DNA of 63,139 nucleotides, filler included, from Octopus bimaculoides (taxonomy: Eukaryota), in NCBI RefSeq assembly GCF_001194135.2. It is 7 parts of 5 records of this genome, joined end to end, with 100 filler letters (N's around TTAATTAATTAA, not from the genome) between each part and the next. Parts side by side here need not be neighbours in the genome. Positions count along the whole stretch, not along the records: positions 1 to 13,929 come from NC_068989.1; 6 more parts are not named here. The stretch is one strand, 5' to 3'. Shown here one piece after another: positions 1-13,600 of this stretch. A program made the position numbers and the translations under genes. The notes below the pieces were generated by a model. It was not told where the DNA came from and searched no databases. It saw only the letters and a list, made by a program, of their open reading frames with translations. Each line of letters begins with the position of its first letter. Position 1 is the stretch's first letter.

Positions 1-217
1 TCGTGCTTATATGTAAGTATGTGCGTCCATATGTGTGTTTGTAACAATTTCGTTTATATCAGATCAGATAGAGACTTTTTTTTTTCGAAATTGTTACAAA
101 CACACATATGGACGCACATACTTACATATAAGCACGAACACATAAGTGCGTGCACACATATGAGCGTGCACACATACGAGCTTGCACACACTCACATGCT
201 CATACCGAACAGTTTCG

Positions 218-261
218 AAACAACGCCAAAACAACGCCAAAACAACGCCAAAACAACGCCA
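218..261. repeat. 11-bp tandem repeat (AAACAACGCCA) x4
   Basis: Four exact units visible directly. Confidence 0.9.
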
Positions 262-767
262 GATCGAAATACATACATGCACACATATACACATTTACAT
301 GCATATACATACATGCACACATACATACATAACATACACGTATATACATATATATATATACGTAGATGAGGGCCTTACAATTGCCCATGGTTGCATGTGT
401 TGTTCACACATGATGCGGAATATGAACGTATATAAATAAATTTATGTATGTATATATATATGTGAATGTTCAATTTATTCGGAAGATCCAGAGGAACAAT
501 TACATGGTAGCCGGACGTCACATAAGCGTCCTAAGAATTAGTGATCACACTTGCATGGGAGTTGATTCCGGGAAGAAGCGAGACGTGTTTTGGAGAACAT
601 AAGAATAATGTAAAATGGAGACAAGCGATCACGATGTTATCTAAGTAATCTATATCACTATATCACCGACATATGTTTCGATAGATGCATTAAAATAAAT
701 CCGAGGGGATGAATAATGAGGAACAATGCATCAATATCACCAGGGAGGATATAAACAACAACAATAT

Positions 768-799
<32 letters not shown>

Positions 800-1179
800 C
801 ATGCATATACATATATATATACATATGTTTTCATATAAATACATACATGCACACTTTCACACATATACACATTTACATGCATATACATACATGCACACAT
901 ACACACATACATACATAACGTACACGCATATACATATATTGAAAACAAAGTTGTATAGGGAACGCTTGTAATTTTAAAATTGCCGTTAAGAAATTCCACG
1001 TCATAGGGCTAGAGAAGAAGAGAAGGAAGACAGAAGGAGAGAAAGAGAATTAAAGGAGAAATGGAGGTATAAGCAAACAGAGAATAAATGATGGATGGAA
1101 AGAAAAGATGCAGGAAAGAATAAGAGGTATGGGAAGTAAGAATAAAGATTAAGTTGCAGATATTATTAGGTAAGGGGTA

Positions 1180-2084
1180 GATATTATTCGAAATAGCTGA
1201 AAGAGTGTTTTTTTTTTCCAATGTAAACACATGTAAATACGTTCTTTATAGGTGTTGACCAGTGTATGTTTGGAAAAGAGGATAAATAGTTGTTCGTCCG
1301 AACAAAGACAGAATGATTTCTCTTTAAAATTTTCCAATCTTACGAAAATTGTTTATTAGTGTCTTTGAGATGTTAAATTAATTTACTAATACCTGTAGAA
1401 TTACATTTATGACTGTATTTAAATGAGATAAGGCGATTCGTGATACGACATTTCAATTCCGTAGAAGTAAGTCCAATATAAAAGATTTCTTTAGATCCAG
1501 AGGTAATTTTGCATTGGTAAACAGCGTTTGTAATTCTGCAATTTCCGTTGAGACCACAATTACAAGGACTATTACTCTTGATACTATTTTAAGGAGAGAG
1601 TATCATTATTATTATTGATATTCCAGTTATTAAGTGAAAACCTTTTACCTTTAAGAATATAGTTGTTATAATCTGTGTATAATCTGTAGGAGGTTATTTG
1701 TGTTGGAAAAGTCAATTCTTATGCGGTGGGCGTTGAAAATGGAGTGGCACCTGGAATTGTTGGGAAAGTTCCTTTCGATAGCTTGACGAAATAGTTAGGG
1801 AATGTTACTTTTATCTTGTTTTCCGTATGGAACAATCAGCCAGATATTTTTACTAGGGTTATGTGATTTATGGAGAGATTTATTAGTAAAAAAAACTTAG
1901 CGTCTTTTTTTTTTTTTTAATTTTACAGAAAAAGAGTGAGGAAGTGTATTTACTTCCCTTAGAATGCTTGTTTTCAAATTTTCGAAGATATGACTTTGGC
2001 TATTTTGATATAGTTGGTTATTATTCGGATTATTGTCTACAGGAGGAACAATATGAGTATTATTGTTGTTGTTGCTGTTGTTGC

Positions 2085-2116
<32 letters not shown>

Positions 2117-2500
2117 GTAGTAGTAGTAGTAGTAGTAGTAGTAGCAACATAATTACTATCTAGTTAGGTAGTGGTAGAACCAGGATCAAGATGGTTAATA
2201 CTTAATTTGTTCCTTATACTCTGCCTTATAGAAATCAGCGTTATTATTGAAAACGTTTACATTGGCGGATAATTTAGAGATTCCAAGCGATATGTTTTTA
2301 ACCAATATTTTTGTTTTATTAGTAGGGTGAATGCTGGTGTATTTTAGGTTGATTAAAGGTTTACGGTATGGGAAATATAAGGCTGTATTTAAGTTAAGCG
2401 TAAGGTCAAGAAAATTAACCTTTGTTCTATCATCAATGAAGGAAATGCTTAGGCCCATATTACTAAAGAATTTCAGAAGATTATGTGTAATTTTTGCTTT
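1180..2500 (-). mobile_element. Decayed Penelope-like element: RT thumb plus GIY-YIG endonuclease
   Basis: ORF 2195-2569 has VNFLDLTLNL..YFPYRKP. Minus-strand frames near 1280-1490 read YIGLTSTELKCRITNRLISFKY, STGISKLI*HLKD..DWKIL and CLCSDEQLFIL. Many stops. Confidence 0.85.
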
Positions 2501-2799
2501 GTGATATTTTGGAGTTAATACAAGTGTTTGTGTGGGTATATACTTGTATGTCTGGGTATATCCATGCATGTATGTCTAATGTGTAATTTAGGCGTTGACT
2601 TTGCAATCACGGGTTCAGGTCTCTGATCTTGGACATAAAGTTTGCAATAAGTTCAGGAATTGCTACATTACGTGATTCTGCATATTTCAGCGTTATCGTT
2701 AGAGAGCATGCTCTATCACCAAATGCTTAGATGAAATTCCCGACTAATCATATATGCAAATATCGTGATTAAGCGGTCACTAGTGTCACAAATAGCTGG

Positions 2800-3010
2800 C
2801 GTGCTGGGTAAGGATTTCTTCTTAGTAACTAAAGTATTATTAGTACCGAAAAGCAATATGCATATCTTACTTAAAGTGGATATACTAATATAAAGACTGA
2901 ACATTGTGCCCTTCGTCTTGAGAAGCCATCTTGTATAGCTGTATAGTGCTGAAAAGCATAGAAGTATCAACAGCAAACGAAAACTTGTTAGAAATTTCCT
3001 TTACAGCTGC
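2800..3010 (+). mobile_element. Very old Penelope-like RT thumb remnant
   Basis: Broken frames YRKAICISYLK and NIVPFVLRSHLV*LYSAEKHR resemble the PLE YRKPT..YL / NIPFSLARRI segment. Confidence 0.35.
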
Positions 3011-3370
3011 CTGATATTTTTTGTCTCATGTAGATACTTCTTTGCTTTGTAGCACTCTACATCTATATGACATGGCTTCTGAAGACGAATACGGCAGTAT
3101 TGTGGCTTTGTGTTTGTATATTCACGTTACGAAAGACGGAGATTGTTTTACGATACTAGTAATGCTTCCGCCGCTAATACTGCATATGTATATACACACA
3201 TGCGGTGTACCATTGGTGGACTGATATTGTTGGAGCGACAATCTCTACTATGTGAAAGAAATTTATGAGTGTTAGATGTTTGAAACATTTAGTGAAAGAA
3301 TAAACAAAGTGCTCAGAATATATGCATTTAATACATCTTAGTTTTAACGCATTATAAAGATCTTAATATT

Positions 3371-3733
3371 AGGCGTGGCTGGCTGTGTGGTAAGAAGCTT
3401 GCTTCCCACCCACATGGTTCCGGGTTTAGCCCCACTGTGTCTTCTACTATAGCCTCGGGCCGAATAAAGCCTTGTGGGTGGATTTGGTAGACGGAAATAG
3501 AAAGAAGCCCATAGTGTATATATATATATATATACATATATGCATATATTTGTGTGTGTGTGTTTGTGTGTCCCGATGTTGGTGTGTTTACGTCTCCATG
3601 AACTAGCGGTTCGGCAAAACAGACCGATTAAATAAGTAGCATTTAAATTTCTGAGTCGATCAGTTCGACTAAATGCGATGCTTCAGCATGGCCGCAGTCA
3701 AATTACTGAAACAAGTAAAAGAATAAAAGAATA
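3371..3733 (+). mobile_element. tRNA-derived SINE, family A (near full length)
   Basis: A-box TGGCTGTGTGG, B-box-like GGGTTTAGCCC, central (AT)n/(GT)n tract and AAGAAT tail. Homologous to 16121-16515 and 59843-60024. Confidence 0.85.
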
Positions 3734-3959
3734 NNNNNNNNNNNNNNNNNNNNNNNNNNNNNNNNNNNNNNNNNNNNNNNATATATATATAGATATAGAT
3801 ATATGTACATATACACACATACACACACACTCGCATATGCATACATATAAATATGTATGTGTGAGTCTCTGTGTGTTTGTGCATATATGTACATATATGT
3901 ATGCTTACACATTTATATATACATGCGCACATGCATACGCACAAGCGGAAATACACAGA

Positions 3960-4640
3960 TATGTAAAAGAGAAAGAATTTACAAAGGTATCACCACGAAA
4001 GAGTACTCTGGAAATAATTGTAAGCAACACCACCCGCTGTTATGGAATACATATATATATTTATCAGCTTAAGGAATTCTTGTAGAAAATTCTCATCGAA
4101 ATTTATATCATGCACAATAGAACAGTCCTGGTATAATTTTGAAGACAAGAGAAGTAATAGAATCTACTTTTCCTGCAGATGTGAACATATCTTCCAATTT
4201 CAGCATGAAGGAGATGTTATATATGGGCAAATGAATCGAATAATATAACTCTTCTACACTAACCATAAATATGATTTGATATAAATAATCATTGGTAAAA
4301 TCAGTGGAGTTATGAAATATAATTTTTGAGAGGGAGAAAGCATACATGTTAATTTTCCTGCAGCTGTGAATATGTCTAACAAATTCAGAGAGAACGAGAT
4401 ATGTATGGGCAACTGCATCGAATCATACAATTTGTCTGCATTAAGCATAAATATGCTTTGATACCAATAATCTTTGGCGAGCGAACACAACTAGATTATT
4501 AAATTTCTATCTAAGAATTTGGAAAAGCTAACACTTTCAAGCAAACAAAGAGCACGGCTACCACGAAGTTTACAGATATGATCTGTAAGTGGAAGGTTAG
4601 AAATATACAACACATTCTTAAAGTTTGATAATTAATAATT
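3960..4640 (+). mobile_element. Decayed 3' end of an RLE-type (R4/Dong-like) LINE, with a tandemly duplicated endonuclease segment
   Basis: Frames VIESTFPADVNIS...GQMNRII*LFY..IIIG and FPAAVNMS..GQLHRIIQFVCIKHKYALIPIIFG, then NLEKLTLS..LQI*SVSGRLEIYNTFLKF*. Similar to IIEVSYPADINI..GQLLRN at 57000-57203. Confidence 0.6.
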
Positions 4641-4744
4641 AACGTTGTTACTATTTATACTTTCCAATCACGAAGCCTGGTTTCTTTAGTTGGAACCTGC
4701 TCGCCATACCTACGAAGTATACTAATAAATAAAAAGGAGAGATT

Positions 4745-5640
4745 CGAAAGTGCATGTGAGTGTGAGTGATTTTTGTCCCGTAACTCTGTTTAATACAGAG
4801 TTAAAGATCTTGGCCAAGATGTTAGCAAAGAGTTTGGCCAGGTTTGTGGGCGACCTCGTCGGGGAGACGCAAACTTGCACCATTCCTGGTAGGATGATAC
4901 ACGAGTATCTCCACCTCATACGCTACACCTTAGTACGGGTGGGTAAAATTCCTGGCAAAGTTGGGGCACTTGTGCATTTAGACCAGTCAAAAGCATTTGA
5001 CAGGGTTGAGCATTGGTACCTGGCAGCGGTCTTCGGGGCGGTCGGGCTGGGCCCAACTTTCCGCGGCTGGATCGCTGCTGTGTACAGCTACATTGAGTCT
5101 GTCGTCCGGTTTCCTTTCGCCAGGGATGTCTTCTGTCTCCACTTTTGTATGTGATAGCTCTTGAGTGACTGCTGCGAATATTGGAGACTACTGCGAGCAA
5201 CCGCGTGATCTGAGTGGAGGGAAGACGGTGACCGCGTATGCAGATGACATCACCATCATCGTGTCTGATGAAGGGCAGGTAACTTGTGTAGAAAACGCCA
5301 TCTTAGTATACGAAACGGTGGAAGGAGCAAGAATTAACCATTATAAGTCGGTCGGCTTGCAACTCGGCACCTGGAGGGGCAAGTCGATGCCCCCCAATAA
5401 CGCCGTGGGACGTTGGGTGGAAGGTCTTGTTAAGATGCTAGGGTCCAGACTTCTAGATAGAGAAGAATTGGAGCGCAGTTAAAAGTAAGGTAACTGCCCT
5501 AACCCGGACTTGGTCTGGGAAGACGTTATCGCTGCTGGAAATGGCGGAGATGACGCGAGTGTTTATTGCATCCGTGATCACCTACCGCCTGACCGTCATG
5601 CTTTGCCCCGATTCGTGGATGAGCAAGCGACTTATCTGTA
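4745..5640 (+). mobile_element. L1/Tx1-clade LINE RT fragment (frameshifted)
   Basis: TLFNTELKILAK, LDQSKAFDRV and TAYADDITIIV motifs. Same family as 29880-32290. Confidence 0.9.
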
Positions 5641-5643
5641 TTT

Positions 5644-5699
<56 letters not shown>

Positions 5700-5879
5700 C
5701 AAGCACACATACATGAATACATTTCCATATATGTATTATCAAACAATTAAAAAATAAAATTGGAGAGTTTAAAATGATCATAAGTTAACAATGATCACAT
5801 AGTGGTTAAGGATCATAAGAAAGATTTCATGACCTAGTCATCTATAAGCCCTGGGAAAAATAAGCAATAATATTCTGGA

Positions 5880-7680
5880 TAAAATGATACCAATCATTTA
5901 GGAAATTTGAACGTCAACTTACAGGTGAATTCATAGCGTGATTCCATCTCTTAAACAACAAAATTTCTTCTTCTTTCTTACAATTCGATATAAATAATTA
6001 GTATTTTTCTATTTCTCCCAAACCTCTTAATAAAGCTCTCTTTTAGGGAGGAATCTAACTAACCTAACCCCACTAGAAATTAACATAATTCTTAATGCCC
6101 ATAAGACTCTTATTTCTTTCGAGGAACAATTTTGGTGCCAGGCCAACCAGTTTAACAATAACAATAACCCTAGCCAACCATTTTACATACTCCACCAGAT
6201 CCGCATACATTTCCCTAACATCAAGGGAGGCCTCTACAGAGATGACGCTTTGCTAGTCACCAAGGGCGTTAATAAATCCTCTTTAGAACGTGTTAGGAAA
6301 GATTTATAGACATTTTTCTCTGGCCTCAACGTATTTATTTTGACAATTCCCACAAAACCACTAGTTTTTAGACGTAACTTTAAACTCAGAAATCTCCCAA
6401 TATTCCCCATATCACAAACCTAACCAATTATTTAAGTACTTAAACATTAATTCCAATCACCACAAATCCACCTCTGGTAATATAGTTAAGGGAATCACGA
6501 TTCGTATATCTGATTTCTCATCCACTGAGGAAATAGTCAATTACCACGCCTCATATTACAACCAAGCGGCTTCTCTCAACAAATAAGATACGTCTCTAAT
6601 ACGAGGCTCGAGCAACATATATCTCAAATCATATCACAACATACCAACAATCAGAATCACAACAGACCACACATACACTATACTAGATCCCCGGGAAGAC
6701 TCAGATTAAGACAACTTAGACTCCACATTGGCACATATAACACTAGGTCAAAAGCTAAAACAGCTAGCAATAACAGGCCATAATACCACCCTCTAATTTC
6801 TAAAAATATATATCCCACTACCCCAAGAAACAAGAAAAATGTGATGGATGCTCTAATCTATGATATACATCCACCTTCTCACTAAATGTTAAGAACTTAG
6901 CCAAATCCTTTTTTAATATATTAGACTCCAACTTCCCTCGTCAACGTAAATACTACTCTATCTTTAATAGATCTACCTTAAAGCTATCCCACTCCTCCCT
7001 GCCCAACTTTGAGTCTATCATAACGGCCTCTAATAGACGAAAACCTTCTCCTCTATCATCAAAACGTGCACCGTAAGAACTCTGAATACACGAGCGCCCA
7101 ACATATACATAGCTCCGATATAGAACCCTATACGTTAAACTACAGCAAAAACACAGCCAATCCCACTAACACTAACAAGAATACTACTACCCCAACTTCC
7201 ACCACTATTACAGATAGGATGAATAACAACAACGATAGAAACAATAATGATAACAGTAATAATAATGTTAATAACATAGACCAATCTTCCCCCAACTCTA
7301 ACCTCTCCTTAGACAGTATTACCACCTCCATTCTTGAGAAGTCTACAACCATATATATAGGGTCAACTATAAATTTTGCACAACGATACGCTGCACCTCT
7401 CAATTCTTTTAGATACGAGAAACACAGTAAATCCAAAACAAACGCCAGTCACATACATCAACTCAAAATTAGAAATATTCTATACATCTTGTCATGGACC
7501 ATAATAGATTCAGGCCTTCCATACCAGGGTCAACGCTCAGCCGGTAAGTTATGCCTAAAAGAGGCATCCCACATATCAAAACACAACTCTTGAATACTAC
7601 TAAGTTAATATGAGGCCTTAGGTACATGCAACCATCGCTTTTTTCATACCTTCAAAATTTACCCAAATCTAAATGCAACC
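5880..7680 (+). mobile_element. Decayed Penelope-like element (RT plus GIY-YIG)
   Basis: NIKGGLYRDDALLV at ~6220-6260, FLDVTL..PYHKPN, and ORF 7066-7593 with IYIGSTINFAQRY...LSWTII...KLCLKE. Confidence 0.9.
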
Positions 7681-9092
7681 TAATCACCACACAGTACATA
7701 TCCCGAACACCGCTTAGTAATCTCCAGTAACCCTATTTGAATTTCCATTGTCTCTATTTTTTAACTCCCCAATCTTATCTTTTAATTGTTTAATAATACA
7801 TATATGGACATGTATACATGTATGTGTATGGATATATATATATGTATGTATGTATGTATGTATCTGTGTTTATATACACGTGTGTATGTGTATGCATATA
7901 TCTATGGGTGTATGTGTGGGCATATATATGCATATATGCGTATGGGTTTAAGTACATAAGTATGTGGGCCGATATAATAGTGCATACACACACACGTATA
8001 TCTATGTGTATGTGTGCGCGTGGGTATATCAATATACAATTCTTTCTCTCCCTCTCTCTGATTACTCAGTCCCCCACTATCACATTAGCCAGTACAATAA
8101 ACACCTCAATCTATTTTTAGAAACTTGATATGTGTGTAAGTGTATACAATTGTGTTTATGCCTATCGATGTTTTGAGATGTATATGCTCTTGTGTATGTA
8201 TATGATCGTTCGTTTATGTGTATAAGAATGTGATCGTAAACGGATATTTTAGCATAAGTATGTTTCTATATCGTTGCTGCGAGAATATGTACGAGTATAT
8301 GTGTAGATGTATATGCACATGTGTACGAGTATATTTTTGCCTATGTATATATGGATGTATGTTTGTGTGGGGTAATAACTAGTCTTCAGCTTAGGATTTG
8401 AAGGTTTACGTTTTTGTAAGGATTTGAAGGTTTAAGTTTCGAGTTATTTGCTTACTACGTCACTAGTATTGAGACAATTGAGAAAGTGGTAATTACGCAC
8501 TACGTCAGCAATATTTAGTTGCACTTTAAATTCTTGGTGAGATCGCTGCGTGTCGGAAGACTGGTGGGATTATTATGTATATGGATCGTAATTTAGCATA
8601 TAATTTAGTTATTGCAGTTTACTATTAATACCGATACAATATGCATTGATTTAAATGTCTCTGTTGTAGTTTTAGTAAAGTTAGTGTTTAATCCTGCCTA
8701 TATATTGATTGATTGAAATAATGTAGTTATTAAGCTTTTACTTTTGTATTAGACTACGGAAGACGGTAGGGATTATAATTTTGTATAACTTAATAGAGTT
8801 ATCGCTGTTTAGTTAGGCATTTAAAAGTGGTTGTAATTTACATATGGAATTTATTTATCGATACGGTTGTACAATGGATAAATGTGTTTGAAAGTTGTGG
8901 TTTCTTTGGTTTGTTTGTTCGTAAACAACACTTATTCTAGTGCTGCTGACACCACCAGATTGAATGGTACTGCCCAAGTGTCGAAACCATAATGATATCC
9001 GTGGGGCAGCTGATGATGGCTGTTTTGTATATGTGGATTAGTACTATTAGATTGTTGGTATGGCTGTGTAATAGTATTATAACACATTCTTT

Positions 9093-9131
<39 letters not shown>

Positions 9132-9504
9132 AAAGGGAACATCTAGAGGAATAATTACAAGGTAGCTAAATGTTGCTTAATCGTCCCAGGATTTAAATCT
9201 AGGATAGTAAGTCGTATTTCGTAGATAATAGGTTAATTGAACAAGGACACAAACTCTCTCGCTCGGGATATTAAACCATATATATCTTGAATTCTTTTAC
9301 ATACATATGTTTCGACGAATGCACTCCAAAATGTCCGACAGGATAAATTATGGTCAGCAATGCATAAGTCTCATCAGGAAGGATATAAATAACAAACTGC
9401 TTCTACAAAGTCTCCTTACGCTCTCTTTCTTCCTCATTTACACACACGCATACACACACACATATATACATACATTCATGCATACACACACACAAACATA
9501 CAGA

Positions 9505-9562
<58 letters not shown>

Positions 9563-10689
9563 GAGAGAGAGCTGGCTAGCTGCAATGTATACTTATATGT
9601 CTGTATGTGTATGTATCCGCGATCCGCGCGTGTGTGTGAGTGTGTGTATGTATGTATATATATNNNNNNNNNNNNNNNNNNNNNNNNNNNNNNNNNNNNN
9701 NNNNNNNNNNNNNNNNNNNNNNNNNNNNNNNNNNNNNNNNNNNNNNNNNNNNNNNNNNNNNNNNNNNNNNNNNNNNNNNNNNNNNNNNNNNNNNNNNNNN
9801 NNNNNNNNNNNNNNNNNNNNNNNNNNNNNNNNNNNNNNNNNNNNNNNNNNNNNNNNNNNNNNNNNNNNNNNNNNNNNNNNNNNNNNNNNNNNNNNNNNNN
9901 NNNNNNNNNNNNNNNNNNNNNNNNNNNNNNNNNNNNNNNNNNNNNNNNNNNNNNNNNNNNNNNNNNNNNNNNNNNNNATATATATATATGTATTATATAT
10001 ATATATATTTAGCACGAGTATGCAGAAATTCTGGGATGGTGTCCGGCGTGCCGAAAGACCACAGGAAATGAGGTACCCCTCAGCTTCTGTTGAAGCATGT
10101 CTCTAGGAGAAGGTTACTCTGATATAAAACCAGATATGCAGGGAATGGCTTTGGACATTTTGGGGATCTTTGGTTTGTGCTAGAGATCACGGCGCTCCCA
10201 CATCCCTGAGCCTGCGACTTATATTGGCACCAGACATCTTGCTCCGGCTTGTCTCTGGATAATGTCAATAAAGTGGAGAGGGTCTACGAGGTGTTGTGCA
10301 AGCCTTATTGGACCTAAAACTCTGCACGGGCATTGCTGACCTCTCCTCGAAATGTACCTTTTCTTTTTATTCCTATATATATATTTATTTATTTATGTTT
10401 AGTATATATATATACCTTTATTTTTAGTATATATTTATATATTTGTAGTATATTTTTTATCTTATTTTTTATTCGGAAGTCCTGCGGTGAAGTATTCAGA
10501 CTTGATGGCTTGGAAGCATGTATTCAGCCACCTACACGTAGGCGGCCCATAATAGATATAAATTCGTCTCCTTGTCGCCCAAACAGTGGTAGGATTCGGT
10601 TGCTGCATGGGTGTCTAAGCAGCTCCATTTGGAGAGGGCACTCCTGACCAGGAGACCAGGGAGGTTCTGGAAAAGGTTTAGCGCGACTG

Positions 10690-13600
10690 ACGGACGTCCA
10701 CCCTGCGCACGAAAAAACAAAGAGATTTTCATTTACAAAATTTGGATGAAACTTGAGCATTTCATGCTAGAATGTACGCACTCTGTTGGATAACAAGTGT
10801 GATTGTAGGCCTGAAAGACGCACTGTTGAACCGTTATTACATTGATATTGCTGCACTTTCAGAGACTCGTATACAAGGGGATGGTCAGCTTGAGGAAGTA
10901 GGAGTTGAATACACCTTTTTGGGGGAAGGGGAGGCAGAAGGGGGAGCGCAGAGAGGCCGGTGTTAGCCTTGCAGTTCGATCTGATATCTTTAAGAAGTTG
11001 GAGGAGCTTCCCGCTCCTATAAATGAATGTCTAATGACTCTGCGATTGCACCTGAAAGATGGGCGGTTTGCTACTTTAATAAGTGCCTATTCACCTACTT
11101 TGACTAGCTGTGATGAAGATAAAAGTATTTTTTTGTACCCATCTGAGAGCCATACTTAGGAAAATCCCCAATTCTGATAAAGTCATTCTACTGGGGGATT
11201 TCAATGTTAGGGTTGGAACAGACTGGCAAACATGGAACTCTCTAGGACGTTTTGAGGTAAGGAAAATGAATAGCAATGGTCTTATGCTACTGGAACTTTG
11301 CGATGAACATAAACTTTACATCGCAAACACTCATTTTCTGCACAAAGGTGATTACATAACAACGTGGATACATCCAAGGTCTAAAGTTTGGCACTTGCTG
11401 GATTATGTCATCATTCGCAAGATTGACATCTATGACGTTTGTAATGTCAAGTCCTTTCATGGATCGGAATGCTGGACCGACCACAGTCTGGTGCGAACAA
11501 AGTTCCGGATGATGATTAGAGTGAAAGAGAAAGAGGGCCAGTCAGCATTCCTCGGCGTCTGAATGACCACAAGATATATGATACTGTATTGAGGAAAGAG
11601 CTTCAGACTCGCTTGTCTAGCATTGAAAATACTGCAGCATGGGCAGATTTTTGAGACCATCTTCTTCAATGTGCTGCTGAAACACTAGGATATGCTACTG
11701 CGAGACACAGAGACTGGTTTGATGAAAATGATGCTTAAGTTCAGCGATTATTGTCTGTAAAGCGCCATGCCCACAATGTATTGCTACACAGAGGACTTTC
11801 TGCTGTGCAGCGAAATCTAGGACTTGCCCAATATAGCAGTGTAAAATCACTACTGCAGCGATCTTTCAGGAAGATGATGAACACTTGGTGGGAGGATCTT
11901 GCTCGTAATGTTCAGTCTGCTGCTGATGCAAATGTCAGCAAGAAGCTTTACCATCTTATGAAGCAAATTTATGAACCTAAGAGCTCCACATCAGCTCCTT
12001 TGCTTTCTAAGGAGTCTTCCACTCTATTTACTAAATCAACAGAAATCACAGGTCGCTGGAGCGAACACTTCTCTGAACCATGAGTCAGATGTGGATGAAT
12101 GAGTGATTGCTACTATGCAAGAAAACCTATCATTGGCTCCTTAAATTCGACGCCCTCAATAGATGAAGTAATGACATCAATAAGTAAATTGAATCTTGGT
12201 AGGGCACCTAGAAAGGATGGAATTTGTTCTGAGGTCTTGCGATTTGGTGGTGATAACATCATACAGTCCCTTCATGAACTTACTAGTGCAGTCTGGAGGG
12301 ATGGTGCAATGCATTTGTTCCTCCTTTCTATAAAGGAAAAGGAGCCAGAACAATGTGTGGTAACTACAGAGGTATTGCTCTACTATCAGCTGCTGGCAAG
12401 GTTCTGGCAAATATTCTTCTTACCCGCCTGAATGGGTGTCTCCTAAATGATGTCCTATTTGAATCACAATGTAGCTTCCGATCTGGTAGAGGGACAATGG
12501 ATATGATTTTCACAGCAAGATAGATGCAGGAGAAGTGCTTCAGCAGAATATGGATATTATTCAGTTATTATTTGATTTAACGAAGGCCTTTGATACTGTA
12601 TATAGAGCCTTTCTATGGAAAATACTTGGCAAACTTGGATGTCCGGATCACTTTGTATCTATAATTAAATCATTTCATGATGGGATGGAGGTGAGATGGT
12701 GGGACTCATTCCTGTAGAGAATGGTGTCAAGCAGTGTGGCATCCTTTCCCCAACTCTATTTTCTTTGTACTTTGCTGCTGCTTTTACTCATGCTTTTCCT
12801 AAGGTTAGCTCTCTGGAAATATATGTCAGATATCGATCTTTTGGCCGCCTCTTTAATCTGCGCCGACTTGCTGCCAATACAAAAGTTTTCCAGTCTCTTA
12901 TTCGTGACCTCCTTTATGCAGATGACTGTGACTTAGTCACTCGTACAGTGGATGACATGCAGATACTTATGAATCGTATTTCTGCTTCTTGCAAAGCATT
13001 TGGACTCAGCATTAGCTTGGACAAGACTGTTGTAATGTTCCAGCCTGCACCAGGAAATCCATATGTGGAACCAGCAGTCTTGGTTGAAGGAACAATTCTG
13101 AATGTGTCTGCCTGGGCAGCACACTCAAATGTTCTTGGTCCCTAGATGATGAAATATCTTTCAAGCTACAAAGAGCAACCAGTTCCTTCCTTCCTTTCAG
13201 CCTCGTGTCTGGTCCCAGCATCGCATCACAAGGCAAACAAAAATTGCTGTACCGTGCATGTGTACTGACATCGCTCCTTTACTCATGTGAGACATGGACC
13301 CTTTACAAACGTCATGTAAGTGTCCTTGAACGCTTTCATCAGAGACGTCTCAGGCACATTCTGAATGTTAGCTGAACCTTAAAAACTCCAGACACACAGG
13401 TCCTGAGGACAGCTGATATCTTGAGTATTGAGGCGATGGTGCACAAGCACCTGTTACGTTGGACTGGACACCTTATTAGAATGAAGGATATAAGGATACA
13501 TAAGCAGATGCTATAAGGGAAACTTGTGAATAGAAAGAGACCCCGGCAGAAGCCAAGGCTGCGATTTAAGGACTGTGATATGCAGGAGACTGACTGGAAG

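Noticed and set aside
361-430. TAGATGA-GGGC..GCCC hammerhead-like remnant
   Set aside because: The core is mutated and no GAAA follows helix II
19-999. His/Thr/Tyr/Ile- or Cys/Val/Met-rich ORFs here and throughout the window, and all X-containing ORFs
   Set aside because: They are translations of (CA)n, (TA)n, (GT)n microsatellites or N gaps, not proteins
3079-3145. CTGAAGA...GAAA hammerhead-like pair
   Set aside because: Helix II is out of register with GAAA, and helix I and III are not convincing
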